In this document: positions 34,686 to 45,062 of the stretch, one piece after another
Layout of the letters: every line of letters starts with the position of its first letter
Position numbering within the stretch: position 1 is the first letter of the stretch
NCBI GenBank assembly: GCA_016183425.1
Contig: JACPEP010000008.1
Location: forward strand, 21,048-85,047
Direction: 5' to 3'
Length of the DNA: 64,000 nt
Source of the DNA: Chloroflexota bacterium
Lineage (GTDB): Bacteria; Chloroflexota; Dehalococcoidia; JACPEP01
Notes under the pieces: generated by a model
Databases searched by the model: none
What the model saw: the letters and a program-made list of their open reading frames with translations, nothing else
Told to the model about the DNA's origin: nothing
Made by a program: the position numbers and the translations under genes

Positions 34686-35630
34686 TTGGGCTATCAACCT
34701 CTGGATTTCCGCCGGATAAAGACGGTGCCCCTGGCCTCAAGAGAAAGCAAAGTCGACATCGAGCATTTCGCTCAGGTAGGGAGGCCCGGGGAATCCTTCT
34801 CTCGCTTCCTACAGCGCCTTCCCCGCATCCTAGCGGCAGAGGACCTTAACCGGGTGGTGGCGGCGGTGTTGGCGGCCTGCAAAAGGAAAAAACCCGTCAT
34901 CTGGGGCCTGGGGGCCCACGTCATCAAGTGTGGCCTCAGCCCCCTGATAATCCAGCTTATGGAGCAGGGGGCCGTCACCGCCGTGGCCATGAACGGGGCC
35001 GGAGCCATCCACGACGTGGAGATAGCCCTGGCCGGCAAAACCTCGGAGGACGTGGCCGCCGGGCTGGAGGAGGGCCTCTTTGGCACCGCAGAAGAAACGG
35101 GGCGCTTCATCAGCGAGGCCGTGGCCGGAGGCCAAGAAGGTAATGGGATGGGGAAGGCCTTAGGGCAAAGACTGGTTCAAATAGAAGCCCCCTACCGCCA
35201 TCTGAGCATACTGGCCCGGGGAGCCGAGCTGGAGATTCCCATCACCGTTCACGTGGCCATCGGCACCGACATCACCCATATCCACCCCACCGCCCAGGGC
35301 GAGCCACTGGGGGCAGCTTCTTTTTACGACTTTCGCCTTCTGGCAGGAATAGTGGCCCACTTGGGCCAGGGAGGGGTCTATCTTAACGTAGGCTCGGCCG
35401 TTCTCCTGCCCGAGGTCTTTCTCAAGGCACTATCGGCAGCCCGTAACCTGGGCCATCGAGTATCCCACTTCTCCACCGTCAATATGGACATGATTCAACA
35501 CTACCGGCCTCGGGAGAACGTGGTTCGCCGCCCTACCCAGGGCAGCGGCCACGGGTACGCCATCACCGGCCACCACGAAATAATGATCCCCCTCCTGGCC
35601 CAAGCCATTCTGGAGGAGCTGTCATCATGA
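34686..35630 (+). CDS. Deoxyhypusine-synthase-like (DHS-fold) family protein
   Basis: KKPVIWGLGAHVIKCGLSPLIIQLMEQGAVTAVAMNGAGAIHDVEIAL is comparable to DHS [46 protein letters not shown]. Later blocks ITVHVAIGTD and GGVYLNVGSA match too. Call made from memory of DHS sequences. Confidence 0.45.
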   Translation: MGYQPLDFRRIKTVPLASRESKVDIEHFAQVGRPGESFSRFLQRLPRILAAEDLNRVVAAVLAACKRKKPVIWGLGAHVIKCGLSPLIIQLMEQGAVTAVAMNGAGAIHDVEIALAGKTSEDVAAGLEEGLFGTAEETGRFISEAVAGGQEGNGMGKALGQRLVQIEAPYRHLSILARGAELEIPITVHVAIGTDITHIHPTAQGEPLGAASFYDFRLLAGIVAHLGQGGVYLNVGSAVLLPEVFLKALSAARNLGHRVSHFSTVNMDMIQHYRPRENVVRRPTQGSGHGYAITGHHEIMIPLLAQAILEELSS

Positions 35631-36604
35631 CCATTGAGACACATCGCCCCTTAGGGAAGATTATCCATGACTTTCGGGGCAACCGAGTGGTGGTCATTGG
35701 CGACGTTATGCTGGACGAGTACATCGTTGGGACGGTGGCCCGTGTCTCCCCCGAGGCGCCCATTCCGGTGGTAAATGTGGAGAAAGTGACCTACACCCCT
35801 GGCGGCGCCGCCAATGTGGCGGCCAATGTGGCCGCTTTGGGGGGAGAGGTGGTGCTATGCGGGGTGGTGGGTGACGATGACGTCGCCGTCCGGCTGAGGC
35901 AGGAGATGGAGAAACGGGGCGTGGAGACTCGGTTCGCAGTGGACGCCTCCCGCACCACCACCTTGAAGAGCCGGGTGGTGGCCCACAGCCAACAGGTTGT
36001 GCGATTGGATCGAGAAACCCGAAGTGGGATTTCCCAGGAAGTGGCCACCCATCTCTTGGAACTAGTAGAGAAGAGCCTGAACGGAGTAAGGGCAGTGGCC
36101 ATCTCCGACTATGGCAAGGGACTCACCGAACCATGGCTCATGGCTCGGTTGATCCCTTTGGCGGGGAAGGGGAGGCCCCTTTTGGTAGACCCCAAGGGGA
36201 AGGACTACCAAAAGTATCGGGGAAGCACCATCATCACCCCTAATGAGGCCGAGGCCTTTGAGGCGACCGGTGGTCGGCTGGACGCACCTCTGTCTCAAGT
36301 GATGAAGACCATACTACGGCGGGTGAGTTGCCAGGCCGTCCTGGTAACCCAGGGAGCTAAAGGGATGTCCTTGATGGAGGCCGGAGGAAGCACAACCCAT
36401 TTCCCCGCCTTGGCCCGAGAGGTGTACGATGTGACCGGCGCCGGTGACACAGTGGTCGGCACCCTAGCTCTAGCCTTGACTACGGGTGCCAGCCTGGTGG
36501 AGGGAGTGCGCCTTGCCAACCATGCCGCCGGCATCGTTGTCGGTCGGGTGGGAACCGTTGCCGTCACTGTAGGCGAGCTTAGCGAGGCTGTGGGGGATGG
36601 CTAG
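35627..36604 (+). CDS. D-glycero-beta-D-manno-heptose-7-phosphate kinase (PfkB family; HldE/RfaE domain I-like)
   Basis: VVVIGDVMLDEYIVG..RVSPEAPIPVV...GGAANVAANVAALGG, ...GAGDT. ATGA overlap with the upstream gene. Confidence 0.75.
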   Translation: MTIETHRPLGKIIHDFRGNRVVVIGDVMLDEYIVGTVARVSPEAPIPVVNVEKVTYTPGGAANVAANVAALGGEVVLCGVVGDDDVAVRLRQEMEKRGVETRFAVDASRTTTLKSRVVAHSQQVVRLDRETRSGISQEVATHLLELVEKSLNGVRAVAISDYGKGLTEPWLMARLIPLAGKGRPLLVDPKGKDYQKYRGSTIITPNEAEAFEATGGRLDAPLSQVMKTILRRVSCQAVLVTQGAKGMSLMEAGGSTTHFPALAREVYDVTGAGDTVVGTLALALTTGASLVEGVRLANHAAGIVVGRVGTVAVTVGELSEAVGDG

Positions 36605-38027
36605 CAGCACCACCTCCCGTCTGGGAGGAATGATTTCCCTGGCTATGGTGGCCGGAGATCTCATCATGATCAATGCCGCCTTTGTACTTGCCTATTACCT
36701 ACGCTACACCCTGGGGGTGGGTGGAGAGGTAGAGGAGGAATTCTTCGTTACTATCAACGCCTATTTCCCTATTCAGGCGGCGCTGACTGCCATATTAGGG
36801 CTGGTGTACGCCGTGTCTGGCCTCTACCGCCCTCGGCCCCGATTACCTTTGCTGAAGACGATGATGACCGTGCTGGCAGCAACCAGCGTTGGCATGATGC
36901 TGGTACTAGCCATCGTCTTTTTATATCAAGGCTACGCCTACTCTCGATGGCTCTTTTTCTTTACATGGGCTCTCACGGTGCTTCTTTTATGGCTAATCCG
37001 CGGAGGGAGGATAGCCCTGTTGGCAAGTCTGAGACGGCGCGGCTTAGGGGTACGCCGAGCACTGGTGGTGGGCTCCGACAATCTGAGTAAGATGGTAATG
37101 CATGTCTTGGCTACCGAGGCAAACCTGGGTTATCAGTTGATCGGCTTTGTGGGCAACGACGATGATAACGATATGGGACGGTTCAAGTACCTGGGGGGAA
37201 TGGAAGAGCTGGCCACCTTGGTTAGAGAGAAAGATATCCACGAGGTGATTATCGCCCTCCCCGCCTCTTCCCACCACCAGATCCTGGAGGTGACAGAGCA
37301 CTGCCGCCGCGAGAAGGTGCGCTTCAAGATGGTTCCCGACTTGTTCGAAATGAGCCTGGGAAAGACGGACATCGACGATCTGAGAGGCATACCCCTCATC
37401 GGCATCGAGGAAGCCGGCATACAGGGCATGGGCCTTTTTTTCAAACGCACTTTCGATCTCTTTTTCACCATCATCATTCTTGTTATTTTTGCTCCTTTCT
37501 GGGGCATCATTGCCCTGCTCATAAAGCTGGACTCCCCAGGGCCTATCCTTTTTAAGCAGACCCGCGTCGGCAAGGGGGGAAGGCTCTTTGAGGCCTACAA
37601 GTTTCGTTCTATGAAGATAGATGCGGAGAAGCAGATGGAAAGCCTAGCGGGCCAGAACGAGGCGACCTGGCCCCTCTTCAAGATTAAAGATGATCCCCGC
37701 ATTACCCGGGTGGGACGCTTCCTCCGCCGCACCAGCCTGGATGAGATACCTCAGCTCCTAAACGTCCTCCAGGGGGAAATGAGCCTCATCGGCCCGCGGC
37801 CCCCGCTGCCGGCAGAGGTGGAGCAGTACCAGGAGTGGCACAAGAGGCGCTTGGAGATCACCCCGGGCATCACCGGACTATGGCAGGTAAGCGGGCGCAG
37901 CGACCTTCCCTTCGATGAGATGGTGATGCTGGACATATATTACATCAACAACTGGTCCCTGGCCCTGGATTTCCTCACCCTCATCCGCACCATCCCCGCC
38001 GTGATAACGGGCAGGGGCGCCTATTAG
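36597..38027 (+). CDS. Polyprenyl-phosphate sugar phosphotransferase (WbaP/WcaJ-type exopolysaccharide-initiating 'sugar transferase')
   Basis: TM helices and the conserved C-terminal Bac_transf domain (FKFRSM..., PGITGLWQVSGRSDL). Confidence 0.75.
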   Translation: MASSTTSRLGGMISLAMVAGDLIMINAAFVLAYYLRYTLGVGGEVEEEFFVTINAYFPIQAALTAILGLVYAVSGLYRPRPRLPLLKTMMTVLAATSVGMMLVLAIVFLYQGYAYSRWLFFFTWALTVLLLWLIRGGRIALLASLRRRGLGVRRALVVGSDNLSKMVMHVLATEANLGYQLIGFVGNDDDNDMGRFKYLGGMEELATLVREKDIHEVIIALPASSHHQILEVTEHCRREKVRFKMVPDLFEMSLGKTDIDDLRGIPLIGIEEAGIQGMGLFFKRTFDLFFTIIILVIFAPFWGIIALLIKLDSPGPILFKQTRVGKGGRLFEAYKFRSMKIDAEKQMESLAGQNEATWPLFKIKDDPRITRVGRFLRRTSLDEIPQLLNVLQGEMSLIGPRPPLPAEVEQYQEWHKRRLEITPGITGLWQVSGRSDLPFDEMVMLDIYYINNWSLALDFLTLIRTIPAVITGRGAY

Positions 38028-38044
38028 TGAGGGCATTTAGCAAT

Positions 38045-38345
38045 ACCCAGTGCTTAGGGTGTTGAACAATGCTCTCTTCATTTTGGGGTGGTTGGAAACG
38101 TCTTCCTAGCCCTGCCCTGAAGGACAGGGCTATAAGCTCTTCCTTAGGCTCGCCCTTCAGGGCGGCGACATTAATCAACACCCTCAGTGCTGAAGCATGG
38201 GGCATCAAGCCCTCGGCTTATGGTGATTGCTAAATGACGCGACATCTATCCCCACCCCGTAGTCGGGGTCGTCTCGACCCCGACGGAGTCATGTAATCGG
38301 GGTCAGGGACGACCCCGATTACATGGGCTCCACTAGTCGCCCCTG
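38045..38345. repeat. Convergent intergenic region with several long perfect hairpins
   Basis: gtcggggtcg-tctc-cgaccccgac, and a 15-bp stem catgtaatcggggtc-agggac-gaccccgattacatg. Confidence 0.6.
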
Positions 38346-38377
38346 TTCAAAAAGCCCCAGACCTGGAAGGTTAGCCA

Positions 38378-39559
38378 TCACCCGACGATTTTGGCTGCTT
38401 GCAGCTCCCTGATCTGCTCCGGGCGGTAGCCTAGCTCCGCCAGCACCTCCTCCGTATGCTGCCCAGGGTAGGGCGCTAAGCTCCGAATCTGGCCCGGGGT
38501 CTCTGTCAGCTTGATGGGGATGCCCACCTGTTGCACCTTGCCCCACGTGGGGTGATGGATTTCAGCCACCATGCGTCGCTGCTGGATCTGGGGGTCGGCA
38601 AATACCTCGTCCAGGGTATAAACTGGAGTGACACAGGTATCTTTGTCTCCCAGGAGGGAAAACCATTCGTCCCTAGTCTTGGTGCGGAAGACCTGGGTGA
38701 GAAAAGCGAAGATTTCCTTGTATTTATCGGTGTTGTTCTGGTATGGGATGAGGTCTTCCCGCTCCAGGGCGCGGCACAGGTTTTCCCAGAACCAGGGCTC
38801 CAGGGCGCCCAGGGCGATGTACCTGCCATCCCGGGTCTCATAAACATTGTAGTGGGGCAGGCCTCCGGTAAGAGGGCCTTCTCTCGGCTGCGGCAGCTCT
38901 CCATGGGAAAAGTAGCGGGCGACCACGTTGGCCAGAAGGTAAATCACGCCATCGGTCATAGCGATATCCACCATCTGCCCGCGCCCCGTTTTATGGCGCG
39001 CCATCAAAGCTGCCAGAATACCGATGGCGGCCTGCATCCCCCCACCAGCCAGGTCAGCGAGGAGGTTGGCTGGAACAACGGGGCGGCCCTCACCATCGGT
39101 GATGAGGCTCAAAGCGCCGCTCATAGCGACATAGTTGATGTCGTGCCCCGGCGTCTTTCGGTAGGGACCCTTTTGCCCATAGCCGGAGATGGAACAGTAT
39201 ACGATCCTGGGATTCACCCGACTCACCGTATCGTAGTCCACCCCTAGCCGCCTCACCACCCCTGGCCGAAAGCCCTCCACCACTACATCGGCCCTTTTCG
39301 CCAATTGGTAAAAGATGTCCCTCGCTCCGTCCATCTTCAGGTTAAGAATGATGCTGCGCTTGTTGCGACGAGTGGGGCTGAAAGCCAGACTCCGTTTCTC
39401 ATCCGCATTCGTGGCTAAGGGACGACCTCGTCGTTCGCCTTCCGGCTCCTCTATGCGCAAGACGTCCGCTCCTAGGTCCCCCAGAATCATGGTACAAAAG
39501 GAGCCCGGAGCCAGTCGGCACAGATCCAGAACCTTTATATCTTCCAAAGGTAGCGGCAT
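38378..39559 (-). CDS. Family III CoA-transferase (CaiB/BaiF; alpha-methylacyl-CoA racemase-like)
   Basis: LEDIKVLDLCRLAPGSFCTMILGDLGADVLRIE. Confidence 0.75.
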   Translation of the reverse strand: MPLPLEDIKVLDLCRLAPGSFCTMILGDLGADVLRIEEPEGERRGRPLATNADEKRSLAFSPTRRNKRSIILNLKMDGARDIFYQLAKRADVVVEGFRPGVVRRLGVDYDTVSRVNPRIVYCSISGYGQKGPYRKTPGHDINYVAMSGALSLITDGEGRPVVPANLLADLAGGGMQAAIGILAALMARHKTGRGQMVDIAMTDGVIYLLANVVARYFSHGELPQPREGPLTGGLPHYNVYETRDGRYIALGALEPWFWENLCRALEREDLIPYQNNTDKYKEIFAFLTQVFRTKTRDEWFSLLGDKDTCVTPVYTLDEVFADPQIQQRRMVAEIHHPTWGKVQQVGIPIKLTETPGQIRSLAPYPGQHTEEVLAELGYRPEQIRELQAAKIVG

Positions 39560-39687
39560 TCTGTCCCCTTCCTTTTATCCGTCCAGAGTAATGATAACGT
39601 TTGCGACAGAATTTGCAAAGTGGCGGAGGGATGTCTTTTACCTTAACCTTCTCGACGTAGGCAGGGGGCAATAGTACAATTGGCTTT

Positions 39688-41622
39688 GTGTCAGAGGCTA
39701 TGATTTACGATGTCATTGTGGTGGGGGCAGGGCACGCTGGATGTGAGGCGGCGCTGGCGGCGGCCAGAATGGGCTGCCGTACCCTCCTTCTATCCATGAA
39801 CCTGGACAATGTGGCCCTTATGCCCTGCAATCCATCCATCGGCGGACCCGCCAAGGGCCACCTGGTGCGAGAAATCGACGCCCTGGGGGGAGAAATGGGA
39901 CGCAACATCGACCGCACCCTGATTAATATCCGCATGCTCAACACCGGAAAAGGCCCCGCCGTACAGGCGCTGCGGGCACAGGCAGATAAAAAGCTATACA
40001 GCCTGGCCATGAAAAAGACGCTGGAGCGCCAGCCTGGTCTCGACCTGAAGCAGGGAACGGTGGAAGAGCTGACAACAGCCAACGGCTCTCTGGAGGTCAG
40101 GACCCAGTTAGGGTGGGTCTACCGGGGGCTGACGGCGGTATTGACCACGGGCACCTCCCTGGCCGGGCGGGTCATCGTGGGAGAGGTGGCCTACGAGGCG
40201 GGGCGGGCGGGGGAATTCGCCGCCCGGGGCCTATCCCAGAGCTTGCGACGGCTGGGCTTCACCCTGGGCCGCCTTAAAACAGGGACGCCGCCCCGTATCG
40301 ACGCTCGCACCATAGACTTCTCTAAAACCATCCTCCAGCCAGGGAGTCCAGAGCCACTACGCTTTAGCCTCTGGCCGGAGGAAGTGTCCCCCTCCCCTCC
40401 CACCACCAACCCAGTTTATCCCTCCGGTCCAGACACCCCCTGGCGGCGCCAGCTACCGTGCTATCTGGTGCACACAAACCCTCAGACCCACCACGTGATA
40501 CGGGCCAATCTGCATCGGGCACCCCTCTTTACTGGCCTCATTCAAGGAGTGGGGCCCCGCTACTGCCCATCTATCGAGGACAAGGTAGTTCGCTTCCCAG
40601 ACCGGGAAGACCACGGCCTCTTTCTGGAGCCGGAGGGGTGGGAGACCAACGAGGTCTACGTGCAGGGAGCCAACACCAGCCTCCCCGAGGACGTTCAGTT
40701 GGCCATGCTGCGCACCATCCCCGCTCTGGAAAGGGTGGAAATGATGCGCGTTGGCTATGCCATCGAATACGATTACGTGCCACCCCACCAGACCCAGGCG
40801 ACCCTGGAGACCAAGCTGGTGTCGGGGCTATTTCTGGCGGGGCAGATCAACGGCACCTCGGGCTATGAGGAGGCGGCGGGGCAAGGCATCGTGGCCGGCA
40901 TCAATGCCGCCCGCAAAGTCCAGGGCGAGCCTTTGATACCCATTGGCCGCCACCAGGGTTACATCGGCGTCATGATCGACGACCTGGTAACAGGAGAGAT
41001 CCGGGAGCCCTATCGCCTCTTTACCTCTCGAGCGGAGCACCGCCTCCTACTGCGCCAGGACAACGCCGACCTGCGGCTAGCTCCTTTGGGCTACCAGGCA
41101 GGGCTCCTCTCCCGGGAGCAATATGATGTGGTGGAGGCCAGACGGCGGGCCGTAGAGGAAGAAATCTCCCGCCTGTCCCAGCACTACTTCCCATTCACGG
41201 ACAATATGGCCCGCCGTCTGGCCCAATATAGCCTTCCCGATATAAGCCGCAGTCTCAGCGCCCTGGAGTTCCTGCGGCGACCTCAGGTAAGCTACGCCGA
41301 CCTGATTTCCCTAGAGATGGGCAATCCCCTTCTGGATGAGCGGGTGGTAGAGCAGGTGACCCTGGAGACCAAGTACCAGGGGTACATTGAGAAACAGGAG
41401 CAGGAAATAGAGCGGGTGAGACGCTTGGAGGAGCGTCCCATCCCCACCTCCCTGGACTATGATGGTCTTTGGGGACTTAAAACCGAGGCCCGGGAGAAGC
41501 TGAAGCGGTTCCGCCCCCTCACCCTGGGTCAAGCATCCCGTATCAGCGGCGTCACCGCCGCCGACATAGCCGTTCTCATGGTGCACCTGATGCGAAAGAG
41601 GACACCTCACCAAGATCCTTGA
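39688..41622 (+). CDS. mnmG: tRNA uridine-5-carboxymethylaminomethyl synthesis enzyme MnmG (GidA)
   Basis: [23 protein letters not shown]...[21 protein letters not shown] and further similarity over the rest. The start may be the ATG at 39700 rather than the GTG at 39688. Confidence 0.85.
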   Translation: MSEAMIYDVIVVGAGHAGCEAALAAARMGCRTLLLSMNLDNVALMPCNPSIGGPAKGHLVREIDALGGEMGRNIDRTLINIRMLNTGKGPAVQALRAQADKKLYSLAMKKTLERQPGLDLKQGTVEELTTANGSLEVRTQLGWVYRGLTAVLTTGTSLAGRVIVGEVAYEAGRAGEFAARGLSQSLRRLGFTLGRLKTGTPPRIDARTIDFSKTILQPGSPEPLRFSLWPEEVSPSPPTTNPVYPSGPDTPWRRQLPCYLVHTNPQTHHVIRANLHRAPLFTGLIQGVGPRYCPSIEDKVVRFPDREDHGLFLEPEGWETNEVYVQGANTSLPEDVQLAMLRTIPALERVEMMRVGYAIEYDYVPPHQTQATLETKLVSGLFLAGQINGTSGYEEAAGQGIVAGINAARKVQGEPLIPIGRHQGYIGVMIDDLVTGEIREPYRLFTSRAEHRLLLRQDNADLRLAPLGYQAGLLSREQYDVVEARRRAVEEEISRLSQHYFPFTDNMARRLAQYSLPDISRSLSALEFLRRPQVSYADLISLEMGNPLLDERVVEQVTLETKYQGYIEKQEQEIERVRRLEERPIPTSLDYDGLWGLKTEAREKLKRFRPLTLGQASRISGVTAADIAVLMVHLMRKRTPHQDP

Positions 41623-42184
41623 GCAGATAGTTTCTGGCCTCCACCAGAGCCGGGTGGAGAAAGGCATTTCTTTCCAAAAAACGCGAGACCTGCCACCGAT
41701 AGAACTCCAGTATGGCCCTATCCAGGTCTTCTTGGGCCAACCTTTCCACCTCTTTCAACGGCGGATGAGAGGCCAGCTTGTGGGGCTCGATCTTATCCGC
41801 CAGGAAAAGCACCTTTCCCAGGAGGTCCATCCCTCCTCTCCCCGTAGTGTGCCAGGCAACCGCTTCCAAAAGGGGGGCATCGGTGACCGAAAAGTCCCTC
41901 TTCAGTATCTCGGCCCCCACACGGCCGTGGAGAAGGAGCGGCATCTCCTGTTCCACAGGGTCCAAGGGTAAGGAATAGACTCCTGCCAGCGTCCGGAGCT
42001 CCTCTGGAGGCATAGGCCGCGCCAGATCATGAATCAGGGCAGCCCAGGCGACACGCTCTCTATCGGCACCGTGTCTTCGGGCCAGATCCACCGCCACCTG
42101 GCTCACCCGCTGGCAATGGGCAGCTATCTCAGGAGATAAGTCTACCAGCCGCTGTCGGGCCAGCTTCAGTTCTGCTATCTTCAC
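41576..42184 (-). CDS. HD-domain hydrolase, YqeK-like
   Basis: [19 protein letters not shown]...AALIHDLAR (HD motif). Its 3' end overlaps mnmG by 47 bp in a convergent arrangement. Confidence 0.55.
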   Translation of the reverse strand: MKIAELKLARQRLVDLSPEIAAHCQRVSQVAVDLARRHGADRERVAWAALIHDLARPMPPEELRTLAGVYSLPLDPVEQEMPLLLHGRVGAEILKRDFSVTDAPLLEAVAWHTTGRGGMDLLGKVLFLADKIEPHKLASHPPLKEVERLAQEDLDRAILEFYRWQVSRFLERNAFLHPALVEARNYLLKDLGEVSSFASGAP

Positions 42185-42397
42185 CCCGACCCATGTTACC
42201 CACCCAAGGCCACCCCGTCAATGTGTGCAGATTAGAGTGTCACCACAGTAGATTGACATCCCACAATCTTGGTGTACCCCTAGGACAGCAATCGACGTCT
42301 TCCCGACCCTGGCTACGCAGTCGGCGCTAGTCTTCGGAAAAGACACGCCGCGGAAAGATGCCCGCCCCAAACCAATAGCGACTCTTCCGAGAGACCC

Positions 42398-43324
42398 CTA
42401 AAAAGGAGTAAAGTCATCCTTAAGCTGGGGAATGTTCTCCTCAGGAAACTCGGGACGCCTCTGATGTACAAAAATACCCAAATGCTGGGGCAAAGGAGTG
42501 TTGGTGTGCCTTAAGTATAAGGATGGCTCATCACCCAGGGTATTATGCCGATGCCAAAAGAGGAGAGGAACACAAACCATATCTCCCGCCTCCCAGTAAA
42601 CACGCTCCTCGTTGACGGTGGTGTAGCCCCTCCCCTCAAAGATGTAGATGATGGCTTCGTTCCAGTGGCGATGCAGGGCGCTGAAACGCCCCGGAAGCAA
42701 CTTGGTCACCCCGTAGCCCCCACCAAAGTGATGGGGGATGCCTGCGTCTGGAGCATACGTTGCGTGATGACCCTCTGTGTACACCTTTTCTCCTCCAGAG
42801 GGCTCCCAGTGGCTGCGGGGCACTAGGCGCACCTCGCCCAGGGGTTGTTCGTGCCGCCTGTCGTCGTGCCTACCTTCTGGGGGAGGCTCCAGCCTTTCCT
42901 CGCGATAGATTCCCATATACTTAAAGAAGGGAACGGTGCCATGGCGAATGTAGCGCACCGGGACGTTGCCGGGGTTGACATGCTGGTGCCACATAAAGAT
43001 GGGTATCTGCAGGACATCTCCAGGCCCCCAGACATATTTTTGCCCGTTGGCAATGGTGTAGCCTGAGCCACTAAGGATGAGCATAGAGGACTCGTTGAGC
43101 TGGCGATGCCAGGTGCTCTTGCCTCCAGGCTTGAGTTCGGCGATGGCCATAGATAACACCCGTTGGCCGAAGGGATCCCAATAAACGCTCACATCGGGGT
43201 TCCATGGCTCAGGCTGGAGGCGCATTTCTCTCCCCTTGGCCAGACGTACCTTTGGGTTGGTCTGCTGGACCCAGTAGGACAGCGGCCGGTCATCTTCGCG
43301 AGGTTCCAGGTGTAGGGCTCCCAT
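42398..43324 (-). CDS. Bicupin-domain protein
   Basis: Two cupin motifs (HRQLNESSMLILSGSG..., HRHWNEAIIYIFEGRG). Start at 43324 with AGGAGG upstream. The ORF caller extended it to 43441. Confidence 0.6.
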   Translation of the reverse strand: MGALHLEPREDDRPLSYWVQQTNPKVRLAKGREMRLQPEPWNPDVSVYWDPFGQRVLSMAIAELKPGGKSTWHRQLNESSMLILSGSGYTIANGQKYVWGPGDVLQIPIFMWHQHVNPGNVPVRYIRHGTVPFFKYMGIYREERLEPPPEGRHDDRRHEQPLGEVRLVPRSHWEPSGGEKVYTEGHHATYAPDAGIPHHFGGGYGVTKLLPGRFSALHRHWNEAIIYIFEGRGYTTVNEERVYWEAGDMVCVPLLFWHRHNTLGDEPSLYLRHTNTPLPQHLGIFVHQRRPEFPEENIPQLKDDFTPF

Positions 43325-43373
43325 TTTTCCTCCTTCTGATTTGATATCTTTTCTCTTGAGAAAATCTGATGGC

Positions 43374-45008
43374 CTAGGCCTTGGCCAACCACGCTTTGCG
43401 CAGCCTGATATCGGTATAGTTTCCCGCCAACTCGGTGCCATGTACCTCCTTGCGGTGGGCGTAGATGTTCACCGGATAGGCTACGGTATACATGCCCAAG
43501 ACATCTTCGGTGATGAGCTTAGCCATGTCCCAAACGAGAGGCCGCTGCGCCTCTGGCTCATAGATGACCTTGGCCTTTTCCAGAAGAGAATCCAGTTGAG
43601 GGTTCTTGGCCTTGACCATGGCAACCTTCGCCCTGGGGGAGTAGTACTCCTCTATGAGATACGAAGGAATACTGGCCTCTCCTGAGCTGGCGGCAAAGAG
43701 GTCGTAAGTCTTGTCATCGGTGTTCCGGATGCTGGTCCACTTGGCCTTCTCGACAACATCAACATCGAGGCGGATGCCGATCTTGGCCAGTTGCTGCTGA
43801 GCCACCTCGGCCAACTGGGTCTCGTCAGGTGCGCCACCACTCAATATCTTGCCTTGGAAACCGTTGGGGTAGCCCCCTTCAACCAATTTTTCTTTGGCCT
43901 TGGCCAGATCGAAGGGGTAGCCCTTCAAGTTAGGATCGTAGGCCCAGGTACTGGGAGGAAAGGGCCCGGCCCCTACCTGGTACAGATCACCCCAGATGGC
44001 CTTGGTCACCGTCTCCCGATCGATGGCATATGCCAGAGCCTGGCGAACGGCCTTGTTCTTGAAGGGCGAGTTTAGCATATTCATGACCAGGTTCTTTCGC
44101 TTTGTACCAGGAACTATCCTTACCACGATGTTGGGGTCATTCTTAAGGAGCGGCAAATCTTTGGTCTGTACCTCCAGGTTTAGGTGGGCTTCTCCTGCTC
44201 TGAGCATGGTTAGCTGGACATCGAAAGAGGGGATCATTCTCCATACGACGGCGTCCAGATAGGGGATTCCCTTCTCCCAGTAGCCGGAAAACTTCTTCAC
44301 CGAGGCCCGCTCGTCCATTAGCCACTCGTTGGCCATGAAGGGGCCGGTGCCGATGCCGCCGGTCTTCAGCACATCGTTTCTCTTCTTGGCATCCGCCGGG
44401 TTGGAAATCATACCCGATCCCCCGGTGGTCGTGCACTGCGGCAGGAAGCTGGCAGCGGGCTCTTTAATGGTCATCTTGTAGGTATACTCGTCGACGGCCT
44501 GGGCGGACTTAAAGCTCTTCTTCAACTCGACAGCCTGAGGCCCTGCGTACTCTTTGTCCGCCAGGCGCTCGTAGTGGGCCTTCACCACCTGAGCATTGAA
44601 GTCGGTGCCATCGTGGAACTTCACCCCCCGCCTGAGTTTGAAGACAAAAGTGGTAGGGTCAGGTATCTCCCAGGACTCGGCCAGCTCCGGCGCCAGAGTG
44701 CCATCGACCTTGTCCAACAAGAGGCTGTTGTAGACCATGTCATAGAGGGCCTCGTCAAAGGAGCCGGAGAGGTGAAAGCCCGGGTCGAAGGCAGGCATGA
44801 AGCCCATGATGCCGATAAGGGTGCCGCCGTAGGTGGGACCAGGAGTGGCAGTGGGGGCGGGACTAGAGACGGGAGTCGCAGCAGGAGCGGCGGCGCAGCC
44901 CAAAATGGATAGACCAGCCATGCCGACCCCCGCCCTGGCGGCGCCCCCGATGATCTGCCTGCGGGTCAGGCGCCGCTGCCAAAAGTGGGGCCCAATAGAA
45001 CTCCGCAT
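43374..45008 (-). CDS. ABC transporter substrate-binding protein, family 5 (peptide/nickel/opine type), Tat-signal lipoprotein
   Basis: RRQIIGGAARAGVGMAGLSILGC (twin-arginine motif + lipobox) and SBP_bac_5 similarity. Confidence 0.75.
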   Translation of the reverse strand: MRSSIGPHFWQRRLTRRQIIGGAARAGVGMAGLSILGCAAAPAATPVSSPAPTATPGPTYGGTLIGIMGFMPAFDPGFHLSGSFDEALYDMVYNSLLLDKVDGTLAPELAESWEIPDPTTFVFKLRRGVKFHDGTDFNAQVVKAHYERLADKEYAGPQAVELKKSFKSAQAVDEYTYKMTIKEPAASFLPQCTTTGGSGMISNPADAKKRNDVLKTGGIGTGPFMANEWLMDERASVKKFSGYWEKGIPYLDAVVWRMIPSFDVQLTMLRAGEAHLNLEVQTKDLPLLKNDPNIVVRIVPGTKRKNLVMNMLNSPFKNKAVRQALAYAIDRETVTKAIWGDLYQVGAGPFPPSTWAYDPNLKGYPFDLAKAKEKLVEGGYPNGFQGKILSGGAPDETQLAEVAQQQLAKIGIRLDVDVVEKAKWTSIRNTDDKTYDLFAASSGEASIPSYLIEEYYSPRAKVAMVKAKNPQLDSLLEKAKVIYEPEAQRPLVWDMAKLITEDVLGMYTVAYPVNIYAHRKEVHGTELAGNYTDIRLRKAWLAKA

Positions 45009-45062
45009 GATCTTCCCTCCTTGGATTTCAACTACGTTCCTCCCGTGCCGTACCCGGAGGAC

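Noticed and set aside
41576-41622. 47-bp convergent overlap between the mnmG 3' end and the HD-hydrolase 3' end
   Set aside because: It is probably a real but uninformative convergent overlap, or a slight mis-call of one end. It is not evidence of a special feature.
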